Assembly: GCA_964019425.1 (NCBI GenBank) | Contig: OZ025803.1 | Coordinates: 496,001-560,000, forward strand | DNA: 64,000 nt | Reading direction: 5' to 3' | Source of the DNA: Flectonema sp. DT1601 | Lineage: Eukaryota | In this document: positions 45,468 to 56,451 of the stretch, in pieces | How the letters are laid out: each line of letters opens with the position of its first letter | How positions within the stretch are numbered: the first letter of the stretch is position 1 | Notes under the pieces: generated by a model | What the model saw: the letters and a program-made list of their open reading frames with translations, nothing else | What the model was told of the DNA's origin: nothing | The model's database searches: none | Program-made: the position numbers and the translations under genes

Positions 45468-46838
45468 TCACTTCTTCTTCTGATTAATAACATCTCGAGT
45501 TATACCGATGGCATCTCCAAGAAAAAATCGAACAAAATTATCACCACGAATAGGTCCAGCAGCGTACAATGATCTCACCTGTGAGATTAAAACTTTAGAA
45601 GTCCAGTCATCAGCTGGGATTTGAACTTTTCTGTCAATGAGACGTGAGGCGTTTTGAATCGCTTTTTGAGTATCAGAATCAAAGAATGAAAAGTCAGGAA
45701 GCGATCCAATCATGATGAAAACTCTCATTGAAGAGGAGTTTTCATCAATTTGAATCTGTCGTTTCTCACCAGATACTGCTGTCCGATCTATGACAACACT
45801 GTTTTCTGTAATAGAAGTTACAACGCTACTTGGATACGAACGATAGTTACTTCGCTTTGACATACCAGTCATATGTTGATACAGAGAATAGTATTCATTA
45901 TACACATCAGAGGGTGTATTAAACTTTTCACCAATAAAAGTTTTATCAGCTTCAGTTCTAAAGACATGATGAATTGTCACTGAGTCATCAACAGTTGCAA
46001 TGAAGTCAGCAGCTGAAAGACCTGCACCTACAACAACAATAGAACTTCCTTCCTTTAAGTCAGTCACACCTCTGTAAGAAACATGTTTTAAATGCTCTCC
46101 AGGTACATTTAGTTTTCTTGGGATATCATACATGCCATTAGCGAGTACAATGTTTCGAGTTCGGAATGACTTCCCCAGGTTTGTTTCTACTTCCCAGTAG
46201 GATTCCTGTTCACCATCAAGGTTGAATCCTTCAGGTGTGAATTTAGCTTTCGATACGGTTTCGTAATTTAAGAAATGATCATCAATCCCCATTACTTCAG
46301 GATAGTTTTTATAAGTTTCAGCAATCTCTCCTCTTGGTGGACGTGGGTGATCAAACCAACGTTGATGTGATGATCCAGGAAGACGCATCCAGTGACCTGG
46401 TGATGCTGCTGGCATGTTTGGTGGCATTGTTGCCCAACTACCTCCGGGAGTTGCGGCTCCGATTGCTAATACTTTTAAGTTTGTTGGGGTGTTTGTGTAT
46501 CGAAGACAACACATTGAAGCAGTTCCCCCTATATCAGCAAAAGGATGATTAATATAATCAAAATACTGTGCCATTGGATGCTTTGACCTAGTTGGTGAAT
46601 GAGAGAACTCTGACATTACTAAGTCATCAGTCCTAAGATCTCTCAAAAGATCTGAACTGGCTTCCGCCATTCGACTGTTCATCATTTCATCAAATTGTTT
46701 AACCGGATGAGATCCCTTTTGGTATCTCGCTGATACCTTTCCTGTCAATTCCCCAACAAGAGCCATACCAGCAGGTCCATTTCCAATTACTAAGACGTCA
46801 AGGATTAAATTACATACTGCGGGCATCTTATCAAACAT
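45468..46838 (-). CDS. OSGIN1/2-like FAD-dependent oxidoreductase
   Basis: VLVIGNGPAG, PGGSW, LNVPGE, VVVGAGLSAAD, YNEYYSLYQHM, LYAAGPIRGDNFVRF. Confidence 0.85.
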   Translation of the reverse strand: MFDKMPAVCNLILDVLVIGNGPAGMALVGELTGKVSARYQKGSHPVKQFDEMMNSRMAEASSDLLRDLRTDDLVMSEFSHSPTRSKHPMAQYFDYINHPFADIGGTASMCCLRYTNTPTNLKVLAIGAATPGGSWATMPPNMPAASPGHWMRLPGSSHQRWFDHPRPPRGEIAETYKNYPEVMGIDDHFLNYETVSKAKFTPEGFNLDGEQESYWEVETNLGKSFRTRNIVLANGMYDIPRKLNVPGEHLKHVSYRGVTDLKEGSSIVVVGAGLSAADFIATVDDSVTIHHVFRTEADKTFIGEKFNTPSDVYNEYYSLYQHMTGMSKRSNYRSYPSSVVTSITENSVVIDRTAVSGEKRQIQIDENSSSMRVFIMIGSLPDFSFFDSDTQKAIQNASRLIDRKVQIPADDWTSKVLISQVRSLYAAGPIRGDNFVRFFLGDAIGITRDVINQKKK

Positions 46839-47006
46839 AATTTAATCCTATTTTAGAGTGAACGTTGTTTAGTTATAATAAATAGTATTCGTGTGAATAA
46901 ACCTCTGATTTCGGAAAAAATGAAAAGACAGAAGTCTTTCTCCGACTATAATAAAAACATAATTAAGATATGATACGAAACGTTAACGTTGGTGTAAATG
47001 AAGTTT

Positions 47007-48071
47007 TTAGATGACAAGAGATCGTAGTCGACGTCTCTTTTTTCTAACATGAGAGATGAGCCAGTCAACTAGAAAGTGTAATGTCACTTGTTTGCGGACT
47101 TGGTTTTCAAAATTACATAATTTTCGAAGATCAAAACTATTTCGTCTTCTAAATAAGACTTTCTGTTCTAATTGAGTTGTGTAGTTACGAGACAGTTGTT
47201 CACTTTGGATAACTTCTTGCTGTTCTTGAATAGTAATCTGTACGACAACATCCGAGTCAGTCGTCGGGGAATAACTATTTCGGGGAGTTGTCACTTGGTG
47301 TCGTTGCTTTCGGACAATAGAAGACAACTTGGACTTTGCAAAACAAATAATCGTACCGGCAGACTCGTAGCGCTGGTTGTGAATAAATCTCGCAATCGCT
47401 CCGACACTATCCTCGTTACTCAAGTCTGCTATACGAAGTTGTTTCTTTCTCTCTACATTTCTCTTCAGAATACGAATGATTCGATTAACTAACTTGTCAG
47501 CTTGTCTCTGAAGTCTGAATTGTTTTAATTCCGTTCGATTTCTCTTCGCAATTTCTAAATTCATTTGAACTTCCCCTCGACTTCGGAACCATTTTTGAAT
47601 AACAATCGCAGACTGGTAACGAATTTGTGAATTCTCTGCCGTCTTTTTCTCATATCGCAGCTGTCTTACCGTTAGCCTTGCTTGTTGTCGTCTTGCGAAT
47701 GATTGAATTTTAACACAAGCTCGAGACTTTGGAGTTCGAGGTATAATATAGATTCTATCCTGCCTTACTTTAGATTGTTGTGGAGGATGTGGTATTTGTG
47801 TGTTGGTCTCTTGAACAGGTGTCTTGTAATCACATGCGTACCACTTTACAAGTCTTTTTAGATTAATAATATGCGACAAGTCGGGTACCTTCTCTTTCCA
47901 GTTACCACTCACTTTATTGAAAGGATCGTTATCATTATAAGTTCGTAACACGTCTCTCATGGTGCTTTTATTCCAACGTTGGGCTCTTAGTTTCCAATCT
48001 TTGACGATGGCAACTCTTTTTTCCATTTCGTCTATCATTAAAATATTTATCCAAACAAGTAGTTTTGACAT
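47007..48071 (-). CDS. IQ-motif (calmodulin-binding) protein
   Basis: ACVKIQSFARRQQAR and SAIVIQKWFRSRG; probable start MSKLLV (48071). Confidence 0.65.
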   Translation of the reverse strand: MSKLLVWINILMIDEMEKRVAIVKDWKLRAQRWNKSTMRDVLRTYNDNDPFNKVSGNWKEKVPDLSHIINLKRLVKWYACDYKTPVQETNTQIPHPPQQSKVRQDRIYIIPRTPKSRACVKIQSFARRQQARLTVRQLRYEKKTAENSQIRYQSAIVIQKWFRSRGEVQMNLEIAKRNRTELKQFRLQRQADKLVNRIIRILKRNVERKKQLRIADLSNEDSVGAIARFIHNQRYESAGTIICFAKSKLSSIVRKQRHQVTTPRNSYSPTTDSDVVVQITIQEQQEVIQSEQLSRNYTTQLEQKVLFRRRNSFDLRKLCNFENQVRKQVTLHFLVDWLISHVRKKRRRLRSLVI

Positions 48072-48456
48072 TTTTGATGTGACATTAGCTGACTTAAATG
48101 GAATTATAATTATTCGGGGTATAATATAGTTTTGGGAAGGGTTGATTTTTTTTTTTTTATTAAAAAAAAAAAAAAAACTTAAACTTGTAGATTTCTTCAA
48201 AAAAATATAATTATTTTGAAGTAGTGTAAATATACTTTTCACAAATCAGATATAATTACAAGTCAGGTATGACTAACTGTCTCCTTGTTGTTGTTGTCGT
48301 GTGTTTTTATGTTTTCATAAAACAACAATAAAAGATACAATTAGAACGCAAAGACTTGTTGATCTGCTTGTAATGAATGACTCCCAACACTAACAGGTAG
48401 GATACAACTGAGGCTACAGCCGGAAAATGAAAACTCCTTTTGAATGAGTTAACCAC

Positions 48457-48669
48457 TCAGACATTTCTAGCATCAATCTGACTCGCAAGATTTAAAAACG
48501 TCGGTCTCGCAGGACCATCATAATGCGGCGTTGATCCAACTGGAGGAAGTGAATGAACTCGAACACCAGGTGGTAATCGTTTCCCATCAGGTCCTATCTG
48601 ACCTTGAGAAGTAGCAGTGTGATGATGATGATGATGACCACTCGACTGATTCGAATGTGATGCCGGCAT
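48457..48669 (-). CDS. small His/Pro-rich ORF or terminal exon
   Basis: 70 aa with coding-like composition; starts at cag|ATG; GTAAG donor-like site near 48755. Confidence 0.4.
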   Translation of the reverse strand: MPASHSNQSSGHHHHHHTATSQGQIGPDGKRLPPGVRVHSLPPVGSTPHYDGPARPTFLNLASQIDARNV

Positions 48670-49022
48670 CTGATTTAGTTATAAAGACTTTAGAAAATAG
48701 AACTCATAATAAATTAGATAAAACAAATCTAACAGTTCCTTCTAAAGTTCTTACCGTATCATCCTCATTGTGTGACTTATAAAGTAAAAGATGATGATAA
48801 ATTATAACATAACTAATATCCGTCTGAGTAACTAACAAGAATTGAATACTTTGTAAAAAGTATTATTATTAAAGGTCACTGCGATAACTAACTTGATGAG
48901 AACAAGAAAGTAATTATACGAGAACAGGGTTCCCATCTAATGAGTAGCTGATCAATACCAATATCTGATATCACAACATACGAAAAGCTCTTCAGCTTTA
49001 AGAAACATAACTAAGAGAACTG

Positions 49023-50576
49023 TTAACGAGGAGACTCTGGAAGAAGATGTCGGGGTGAATCATTTCCACTAATCGCAGCTCGTGTTCTGTGAGGAAACCC
49101 TCTGGGACTACTACGAACAGGACTACGAGGACTAGTCTCTCTTGAGTGAGATGTTCTTCTTTCTGAAGCATCCAACTCAGTGATCTCATCTCTGTCAGCT
49201 TCATCAAACTGAGGAAGGTCTTTCACCGAATATAAAGTCGGAGGCTTTACTGGTTCTTCTATCCTCAGCCCTCCTTCAATATTCTGTAATAAACTTGATA
49301 GTTCCATACTACGAGACTTAGCGAACTGTTTATTAACACGAGCCCTCCCTTCGAGTAAGACTTGTTCAGAGATTGTTTTATCTTCTAAGTCTTCAGTTAT
49401 TTGAACCATTTTAAGTTTCGGGACCGCATTACTCATCAGTTGGTCGTAACTCGCTGCTTTGGCAAACCAACGGCGATCTCCCCTGTGACTTGATTCTTGT
49501 AAAACTTGTTCTGAAAGGATCGTATCATTAACCGTACGAAGTGTTGAGAGAGGTGATGGCTGAGGTGTTGCACCAACTGTTTTAAGTTGAGGGATACATC
49601 GAGGAGATGATGGTGCTTCTGAAGTCTCTTGGAGATTTTCTGAACAAGAGGAGTGAGCAGAAGAGCTTGAACTTTGTTCTTCATTGTCTTGCGTATCGCA
49701 ATCTAGTTCTTCACGAGAATAATGACATGAAGAAATTGGTGAGATTCTACCTGATCCAGGTCCAGGAAATGTCCCAGCTCCCTGTGAAGGAAGTACCGAC
49801 ATCGAAGGTTGGGTTGGTAATGATGTGAGATTATTATTTAAAGTTCTTATTTCAGATCTCAGTTCTATGATAGTCGCTTGTGCCATACGAAGATCTCTTC
49901 TCAGTTCAATATTCTCTTTGACGTCAACACTACTCAAATGATCTTCTAATTCTTGTACTCGTTTTCTAACAAAGTTTAGAGTGAGTCTCAGAGCACTCTG
50001 TACTTCTGGAGTGTCAACAAGTTCAGCTGGGAGACCATCCTCAATGGTTGCTTCGGAGAGGGAAATTTCATCGAGGATTTGATTCCATTCTCGATCAGCC
50101 TGCAGGTTGATTTTTAATCGAACGCGTGTTTCAGCGACGATTAAGTCTGCCCACCTACCTGCAAAGAAGTTTCCAACATCACTTCTGTAGTCAACTATTA
50201 AGTTACTCAGTTTCGATTCCTGCATTTCATACAAACTCTCGCGAAGTGTTTTTTCACGATCTTCTGTGAAGGACAACAATAAAGAAGCAGTCTCACTATT
50301 CATATGTGATTTGGTCTGAGTGTTTCTAGTATCTCTGGCGGTAGTTTTCTGTGCGATTGTTAATGGAGGAATTCTTTTTGACTTGATAGGTGTTGGAAGG
50401 TTTTTGCCTTCTGTTTTCACTAATTCCAATGCAGTTATGGTTGGCCGTCCATTTCGAACAGTGTTTCGGTATTCAAGAGCTAAGAGCACGTCCAAATCAT
50501 TTAAAGTGTTTTCAGTAATCTCATTACTGGAGACTATAGCAGAAGGTAGCGCTGATAACCGCTTTGTCAACAGCAT
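49023..50576 (-). CDS. hypothetical protein (coiled coil + SP/R-rich tail)
   Basis: 517-aa intronless ORF; pyrimidine tract+AG near 50627. Confidence 0.7.
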   Translation of the reverse strand: MLLTKRLSALPSAIVSSNEITENTLNDLDVLLALEYRNTVRNGRPTITALELVKTEGKNLPTPIKSKRIPPLTIAQKTTARDTRNTQTKSHMNSETASLLLSFTEDREKTLRESLYEMQESKLSNLIVDYRSDVGNFFAGRWADLIVAETRVRLKINLQADREWNQILDEISLSEATIEDGLPAELVDTPEVQSALRLTLNFVRKRVQELEDHLSSVDVKENIELRRDLRMAQATIIELRSEIRTLNNNLTSLPTQPSMSVLPSQGAGTFPGPGSGRISPISSCHYSREELDCDTQDNEEQSSSSSAHSSCSENLQETSEAPSSPRCIPQLKTVGATPQPSPLSTLRTVNDTILSEQVLQESSHRGDRRWFAKAASYDQLMSNAVPKLKMVQITEDLEDKTISEQVLLEGRARVNKQFAKSRSMELSSLLQNIEGGLRIEEPVKPPTLYSVKDLPQFDEADRDEITELDASERRTSHSRETSPRSPVRSSPRGFPHRTRAAISGNDSPRHLLPESPR

Positions 50577-51864
50577 GATGTCGAGTGACTGCTAATGGGG
50601 GGGGGGTACTATTTCATTTAGATTTCCTGTAGAAGTAAAATACATAAAAACTCAATAGAAATTAATTACCCCTCAAGTAGATGTGGCGGCCCTGATTGTG
50701 ACAGGTTTCCTGTCTACGAAAATGCAGTCGCACCACACAAAAAGAAATAAGAATATATATAAAAGAAAACATGAAAGAGAAAAAAGAAAAAAAAGTAAAA
50801 TCCGTGTGCTTCTCCTTCTGCTTTTTTCCACTGGTCAGAAGCTTGGCTCATTGTCACGAAGTCAGATTAGATTCTGCTTTACTCGGGATAACTTGATACT
50901 AATATTAAACGGAAAGCAACTTGAAACTGCCAAAAACGAGAATAGGGTTCGGCCAAACCTGGTTGCAATATAAGAAATCAACAGTTGGTATCGATAGAAA
51001 ATCCCACATGTGCTGTCGAATATGGGGATTACTCGGGATATATAATTCTCCTTTGTCGATAAACCACCAAGTAACCGTAAGCAACGTTCTTTAAAGGAAT
51101 GTCTGTAGTGTGGCCTTATTGAATTCCATTCATAGAGGGCATTAGAAAAAAGAAAAAGTAAAGAAAACAGATCAACTAAAACTGCTTTTTTTACAATAAT
51201 AACAATTGCAGGGTTTGGTGTGTCTAGTGGTAAGGTAACTTTTTGCCATTCTTCATCAGAGAGAAGAATAAGGGCTTTTTCGATTTTCTTGACAGCAAAT
51301 ATAAAATTTGAAATAAATTCCAAACAACGTAATTCGATAACAAAAATATGAAAAATAAAAATGGAGCACATCATTACTACTTTAGAAGTGCTACAGAACA
51401 ATTTCGTCTTTGAAAGAATGAATGGAAGTAAAAAAATAGAACAAAGTAAATAATAACAGAATATTACCAGCTGTGATTTCGGAGTTAGCCGAAAGTTTTT
51501 TTTTTTCGCGTTTTTTTTCTCGGGTCATGAAAACCCGAATAACGACTCATCGCTACGTTCCTAAACTAAACATAAAAGGGGCTTGAAGACAAGAGAGCAA
51601 ACAGTGAAAAAAAAAGGACTGGATGACTACATTCATACCCATGCTTCCCTAAGGAATGAACTCTGCGACACAGTCGAGAATCTGGGGCATGATTGATTTC
51701 TCTCGACAAACAAATGCAACCTTCCTAATAGCACCTTTAGACTCTTTACTGCGAGTAGAAAACTTTCGGAGACAAACAGAACGATGCTGATGGTCGGCAA
51801 TCTGTTTTAATTTTTATTATTTAACCACTCGACTCGAATGTAACTAACCTTTCAAAAACAACAA

Positions 51865-53451
51865 CTAACATACCTCCTGTAGAATAAGCTGCTCTGTCAT
51901 ATCGTGTCGCTTACTCCGTTGGATGGGTGTTTCTGGTGGGTCATCAGGACCAGGTGACTTAATACGCTTCTCTACTTCAGGGTTTAATTTAACTTCTGCA
52001 ATTGGTTCTCCATCGCTGTGGCACAGTCTCGCTCCTGTTTTGAAGAATGGCAGTTCGAGTAGCTCAGCTATATCAGCTCTCTTTTCAGGATTCAGAACTA
52101 ACATTCTCTTTAGAGCTTCAACACAGTCAGCGTCGGCTCCTTTAAAGAACATTGAGAACTCAGTTCCTATCCGTCTTCCTCTCTTTACTTCATTCTCTTT
52201 ATGTTTAGCGACGTATTGATATGCAGCTTTAGTTGAAAATGGCTTTACCTCTTCTGGGTTAGGGACACCCGTTAAGAGGAAGATGTATTCCATCTGCTCT
52301 CTTGAGGACTTGCCAGGAAGGAATGGAATTAGTTTAGGAGCGACTAGTTCACCAATTACACATCCAAGAGACCAGATGTCTACTTTCTCTCCGTTGTAGT
52401 TACCAAGTCCATGACCAAGAATTAATTCAGGAGCTCTATAGTATCGAGTAACAACATAATCAGTCAACTGAGCAGCCTGTTCATTAGTATCTGAAATCGT
52501 TTCATTATGAGACCGCGACAGACCAAAATCAGAAACCGCTACTCGAATCCGAAGTGGTGGACCAGCGTAGCCAGCTGGTGGTGGACTCATGTCTAGGAAA
52601 TCTTTTTCTTCATTGTTATTATTGAGGAATACCTGCTTTAGATCTCTCCAAAGAGCTCCAGCGTTGCAAGGTTCTACAAAAGAATCTCCATCCCAACCAT
52701 GACGGTCAAGAATAGGAAGAATTACTTCTGGTGATGAAGAGATGGCTTCCCTAACTGCTTCTACAGAAACATCTGATTGAAGTTTCTCAACAGATTTAGG
52801 CATCCGCATGCGAGATATTTGCTCTCCTTCGAAGATGGATTCGTTTTCCGCGACTGGTTGGTACAAAATATTCTTCGTAGCTAAATCTCTATGAAGTGCC
52901 CCTCCGCTATGTAAATATAACAATCCCCTCAGCATCTGATATCCAATCATAGAAACAGTTTGATGTGGGACTGGTGTACTTATTGCTGAGGGGTCGTCTT
53001 GACTTTTAACTTTTCGCCATTCCCTAAATCTTTCCAACCAGTGGTCAAGAGACCCAGCCATTAAAGGCATTACAATATAAACCCAAAGGGTTGAATCTGA
53101 CCATGAGTGATATATCTCATTAGCACATGATAAGTTACTGTGACGTAACCAAAGTCCCATCGCTCGTATCTCTCTCAGCACGTGTCTTGGTCTTGAGCTG
53201 CAGCTCAACATCTTTATTGCTACTTGATTGCTATTTCTCGTGTCTCTAGCTTTCACGAGAGCTCCTTGTGCACCAGCACTCAACCAATCTAATTCTACGT
53301 AATGTGGAGGGACGCTAAAAGGTACTTCTTTCGTTTTCGAGTCGAGGCATCGAAAGCCTGATGACCACCTCAATTCAGCCCCCTCAACGTGACTGAAATC
53401 ACCTCTCACGAGCTCAACTCGGAGTTGTGAGGGATTTAGCTCTTCCGCCAT
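51865..53451 (-). CDS. atypical MAP kinase (CMGC) with TDY activation motif
   Basis: GAQGALV, VAIK, LREIR, HRDLATKN, DFG, LTDYVVTRYYRAPE, DIWSLG. Confidence 0.88.
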   Translation of the reverse strand: MAEELNPSQLRVELVRGDFSHVEGAELRWSSGFRCLDSKTKEVPFSVPPHYVELDWLSAGAQGALVKARDTRNSNQVAIKMLSCSSRPRHVLREIRAMGLWLRHSNLSCANEIYHSWSDSTLWVYIVMPLMAGSLDHWLERFREWRKVKSQDDPSAISTPVPHQTVSMIGYQMLRGLLYLHSGGALHRDLATKNILYQPVAENESIFEGEQISRMRMPKSVEKLQSDVSVEAVREAISSSPEVILPILDRHGWDGDSFVEPCNAGALWRDLKQVFLNNNNEEKDFLDMSPPPAGYAGPPLRIRVAVSDFGLSRSHNETISDTNEQAAQLTDYVVTRYYRAPELILGHGLGNYNGEKVDIWSLGCVIGELVAPKLIPFLPGKSSREQMEYIFLLTGVPNPEEVKPFSTKAAYQYVAKHKENEVKRGRRIGTEFSMFFKGADADCVEALKRMLVLNPEKRADIAELLELPFFKTGARLCHSDGEPIAEVKLNPEVEKRIKSPGPDDPPETPIQRSKRHDMTEQLILQEVC

Positions 53452-54443
53452 GTTGAAGCTACCCTCCTGTGATACCTGATGAGAAGAAATGATAATTCAT
53501 ATAAATCAGTGTGATAGTGTACTTTCAATACAACTGGGCTGCTGCTCATAATTTATGTGTGTCTGGATGGAATTCAAATTATTATAATCACAAAACACTC
53601 AATCTCTTTTATGCACAAATAACTATCATCAAAACATAAAAGAAGCAGACGAAATGCCTCAGTCGTAGTTGGGAATGTGGGATAAGGAAATACAATGTGC
53701 AACAGACCCTCTCTAAGAAAACAAAAAACGGGATGTTTGCAGTTACCTCACACAAAAAAAAGTCACAAAAAGAACAAAAGTCAGTAATAGTTGTGAAAAC
53801 TACATTGAGGGAACGAGCTTTTTCACATTCAGCTGTTGTTTTTTTTTTTTTTTTTTTTTTACCTTCCTCCATGGAAGTTACAGGTATCCGTAAAGATCGC
53901 GTGTTTTAAAAGAACAAATGAAATAGAGACTGACGTTGGAGAACTAATTTCTCTAAATGAAAAAAAAGGAAAACAAAACTCTTTTAGCTAAGTTAATTTA
54001 GAATACTACTACTACGAATTGAAAGAAAACAAAAATATAAAAATTTAAAAAAAAAAATTGAAAGCGGCACTCTACCGGCGCAGCTTTAGGTTCTATCAGA
54101 TAACGAAAGAGTTTTCTTTTTTCTTTTTAAATGGCCGCAAGTAACAGATCGAGGCTGGGCCTTTACAACTGTAAGTTCACTAACAGGGGTGCGGATACAT
54201 AACTAAAAACAATAAAAAAACACAAGCGAGAGAGACTTGATATCCAAACGAAAATCGAAAAGAGTCCCAATGACTGATTGCCTCGATAAGCGAAACTAAT
54301 AACTAAAGGTAATTTATAATTACCTTTTGCATATGAGAAAATTCGGAAGATTTCTTTGATCGATTTTTCTATCCGACAGTCAGTACGACAATGTGTGGTT
54401 CACACTAGGGGGGTAGTGGCATCGTAAGCTGTTGCGAAAAAGG

Positions 54444-54478
<35 letters not shown>

Positions 54479-54481
<3 letters not shown>

Positions 54482-55753
54482 AAAACCTCTAATTCCACGT
54501 AAATGTTACTGAAATGTCCGATCTCAACATGAAAGTTTCCGAAATGGACAGCAAAAAAAAAAATTTTTTTTTTGTTGGCAAAATGATTTTTTTTTTTTTT
54601 TTTTTCTCCGTTGCCTGCACCCAAAAAAACTTTTCGCTAGTGAACAACTTTTTTTTTCCCGTATAAAATTGTTATGGTAGGTAATTTCATTTTCGCTGTT
54701 CAGTAAACGGAAAGGTTTTTCTTTCGCTATTCACTGAAAGTGATATTCGGATTTTTCGCTGTTCGGTAAGAAAACAAGGTTTTTCTTCGTTCCCAAATAC
54801 ACCGGGATGGCCGAGATGGGTTGGTTCTCAATGAGGGAAGGGGTAATTTAAGGTAAAGCAGGTGCTGTAATTACAACTAATACGTGTAGGGCCTGAATCA
54901 ACCTCTTAGTACTCCCTTTTCAACAGGTGACATAATAACATATACTAGTAGCTCGCTAATCAAGTGAAAGTCAGTAGCGGAGTAGTTCGGCTGATTGAAT
55001 CTTAGAAAAGTGTTCCGTGGGCTACTTTCACAGAAACTCCGAAAGGACAGTACTGTGTGGCTCAGTGAGGTGATCTCAGACTTGAGAACACTAAATGGTT
55101 TCGCCACTCCACAGCTATTCATGTCAAGCCCTAGGCCGCTGATCATGTATACTTGGTTTTTGCGCTCTCATACCTCATCTTGGTTGGTACGACGTGTAGC
55201 GGAGACTTGTCTCTGCGTAGGTGACCCGGCCTTGCACACATACCGAGCTGTATCACTCTTCTAAAGATTCATGATGTTGGATTTCTCTTGTCTCCTATCT
55301 GACGCTTGTGATGCACCTCTAGTATTTTAATACACTCTGAATTCTCATGGTTGTATGAGCTGACAAGTCGGGACAAGTGTCTCTACCCAAAATTCGTCCA
55401 TCCCTATACCTGGCCCTGCACACATACCGAGCTATGCCGATCCAGGGGCGCAGTCAGGCCTAGCCCCAGGTCACACAGGTTCGGTGTATTTCACTCATCT
55501 CGTCGGATGGCCTTGCCTTACGTAGGAAAAAAATTTTTTTTGGGAGAAAAAATAAATCCCCATGACTTTGGGCGACCCCGAAATGCACTGGCAGTAAGCT
55601 ACAAAAAAAAAAAAACAGCTGTCCATTTCAGAAACTTTCGTGTGTGGAGCTGTCCGTTTCGGAAACTTTTTTGTGTGGAGCTGTCCATTTCGGAAACTTT
55701 CATGTTGAGATCGGACATTTCAGAAACTTTTTTGTGGAATTATAGTTTTTCCC
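54479..55753. mobile_element. non-autonomous TIR/foldback-type DNA element (GGG...CCC ends) inserted in a poly-A run
   Basis: 54509-54552 is the exact reverse complement of 55680-55723; termini GGGAAAACCTCTAATTCCAC and GTGGAATTATAGTTTTTCCC; A-runs on both flanks. Confidence 0.8.
55617..55738. repeat. four tandem ~30-bp subterminal repeats (AGCTGTCCATTTCRGAAACTTT...GTGG)
   Basis: Directly visible degenerate tandem copies at the right end of the TIR element. Confidence 0.85.
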
Positions 55754-56451
55754 AAAAAAAAAAAACCACATCAACAATGTAAACACCACACTCAACAGAC
55801 CCAGCGAAGCTCAAGAAATAGAAAACGATTATAAAAAAAATTAAAAAAAAACAAGCAAAAATATTTGTTTGTGCACAAAACCGTGAACTGACTTTAACCG
55901 AGAAAAGCTAAAGGAGATTTATGTGTTTTGCGGCAACATTATTTTTAGCTCTTATAATTGGCTGCTGAGAGAACCACTTTCAATTATTATTATCTGAAAC
56001 GACTTCACACAAATGGTTTTCTTCTAGCCCTCTGGTCAGAGAAATAACATGAAAATAAACGAAACCTTTGACGATAAAAATGCCAGGCGTTTTATTTGGT
56101 TGTTGTTGTATAAACAATAAGATAAATATTAAAAAAAAAAAAAAAAAAAAAGAATTGCTTCGCTTGCGGGAGGTTGTATGCAGAGCCTTAAAATTTTGAT
56201 TAAATCGTTTCCTTTTAATTGCTGCTGTTACTTCCTTGAAAAGGTGTTGGAAGAAGAACAAAAAAAAAAAAAAAGAGAAATTTTTTTACAAACAGATACA
56301 AATACGAACCAAAGATACAAAAAGCTGTTAGTCACCTCCCATCTCGATTGACGGTAACGAAACATTCGTTAATAAAAAAAAGAGAAAAAATAAAAGTATA
56401 ATAATCTTGTTGTATTTTAACCATCAGGGGAATGGAGCTCCATTCCCCTGT

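Noticed and set aside
42776..46838. MAPR + AdoMetDC + OSGIN as a functional gene cluster
   Set aside because: No shared pathway is evident, and co-orientation is uninformative because every gene in the window is co-oriented.
50862..51401. 179-aa minus-strand ORF
   Set aside because: F/I/L-rich composition typical of U-rich UTR sequence; no motifs.
55617..55738. CRISPR-like appearance of the ~30-bp repeats
   Set aside because: No unique spacers and no cas genes; the repeats are part of a TIR element in a eukaryotic genome.
54898..55782. ORFs inside the TIR element as a transposase
   Set aside because: Short, interrupted by stops, and no DDE-like motifs recognisable.
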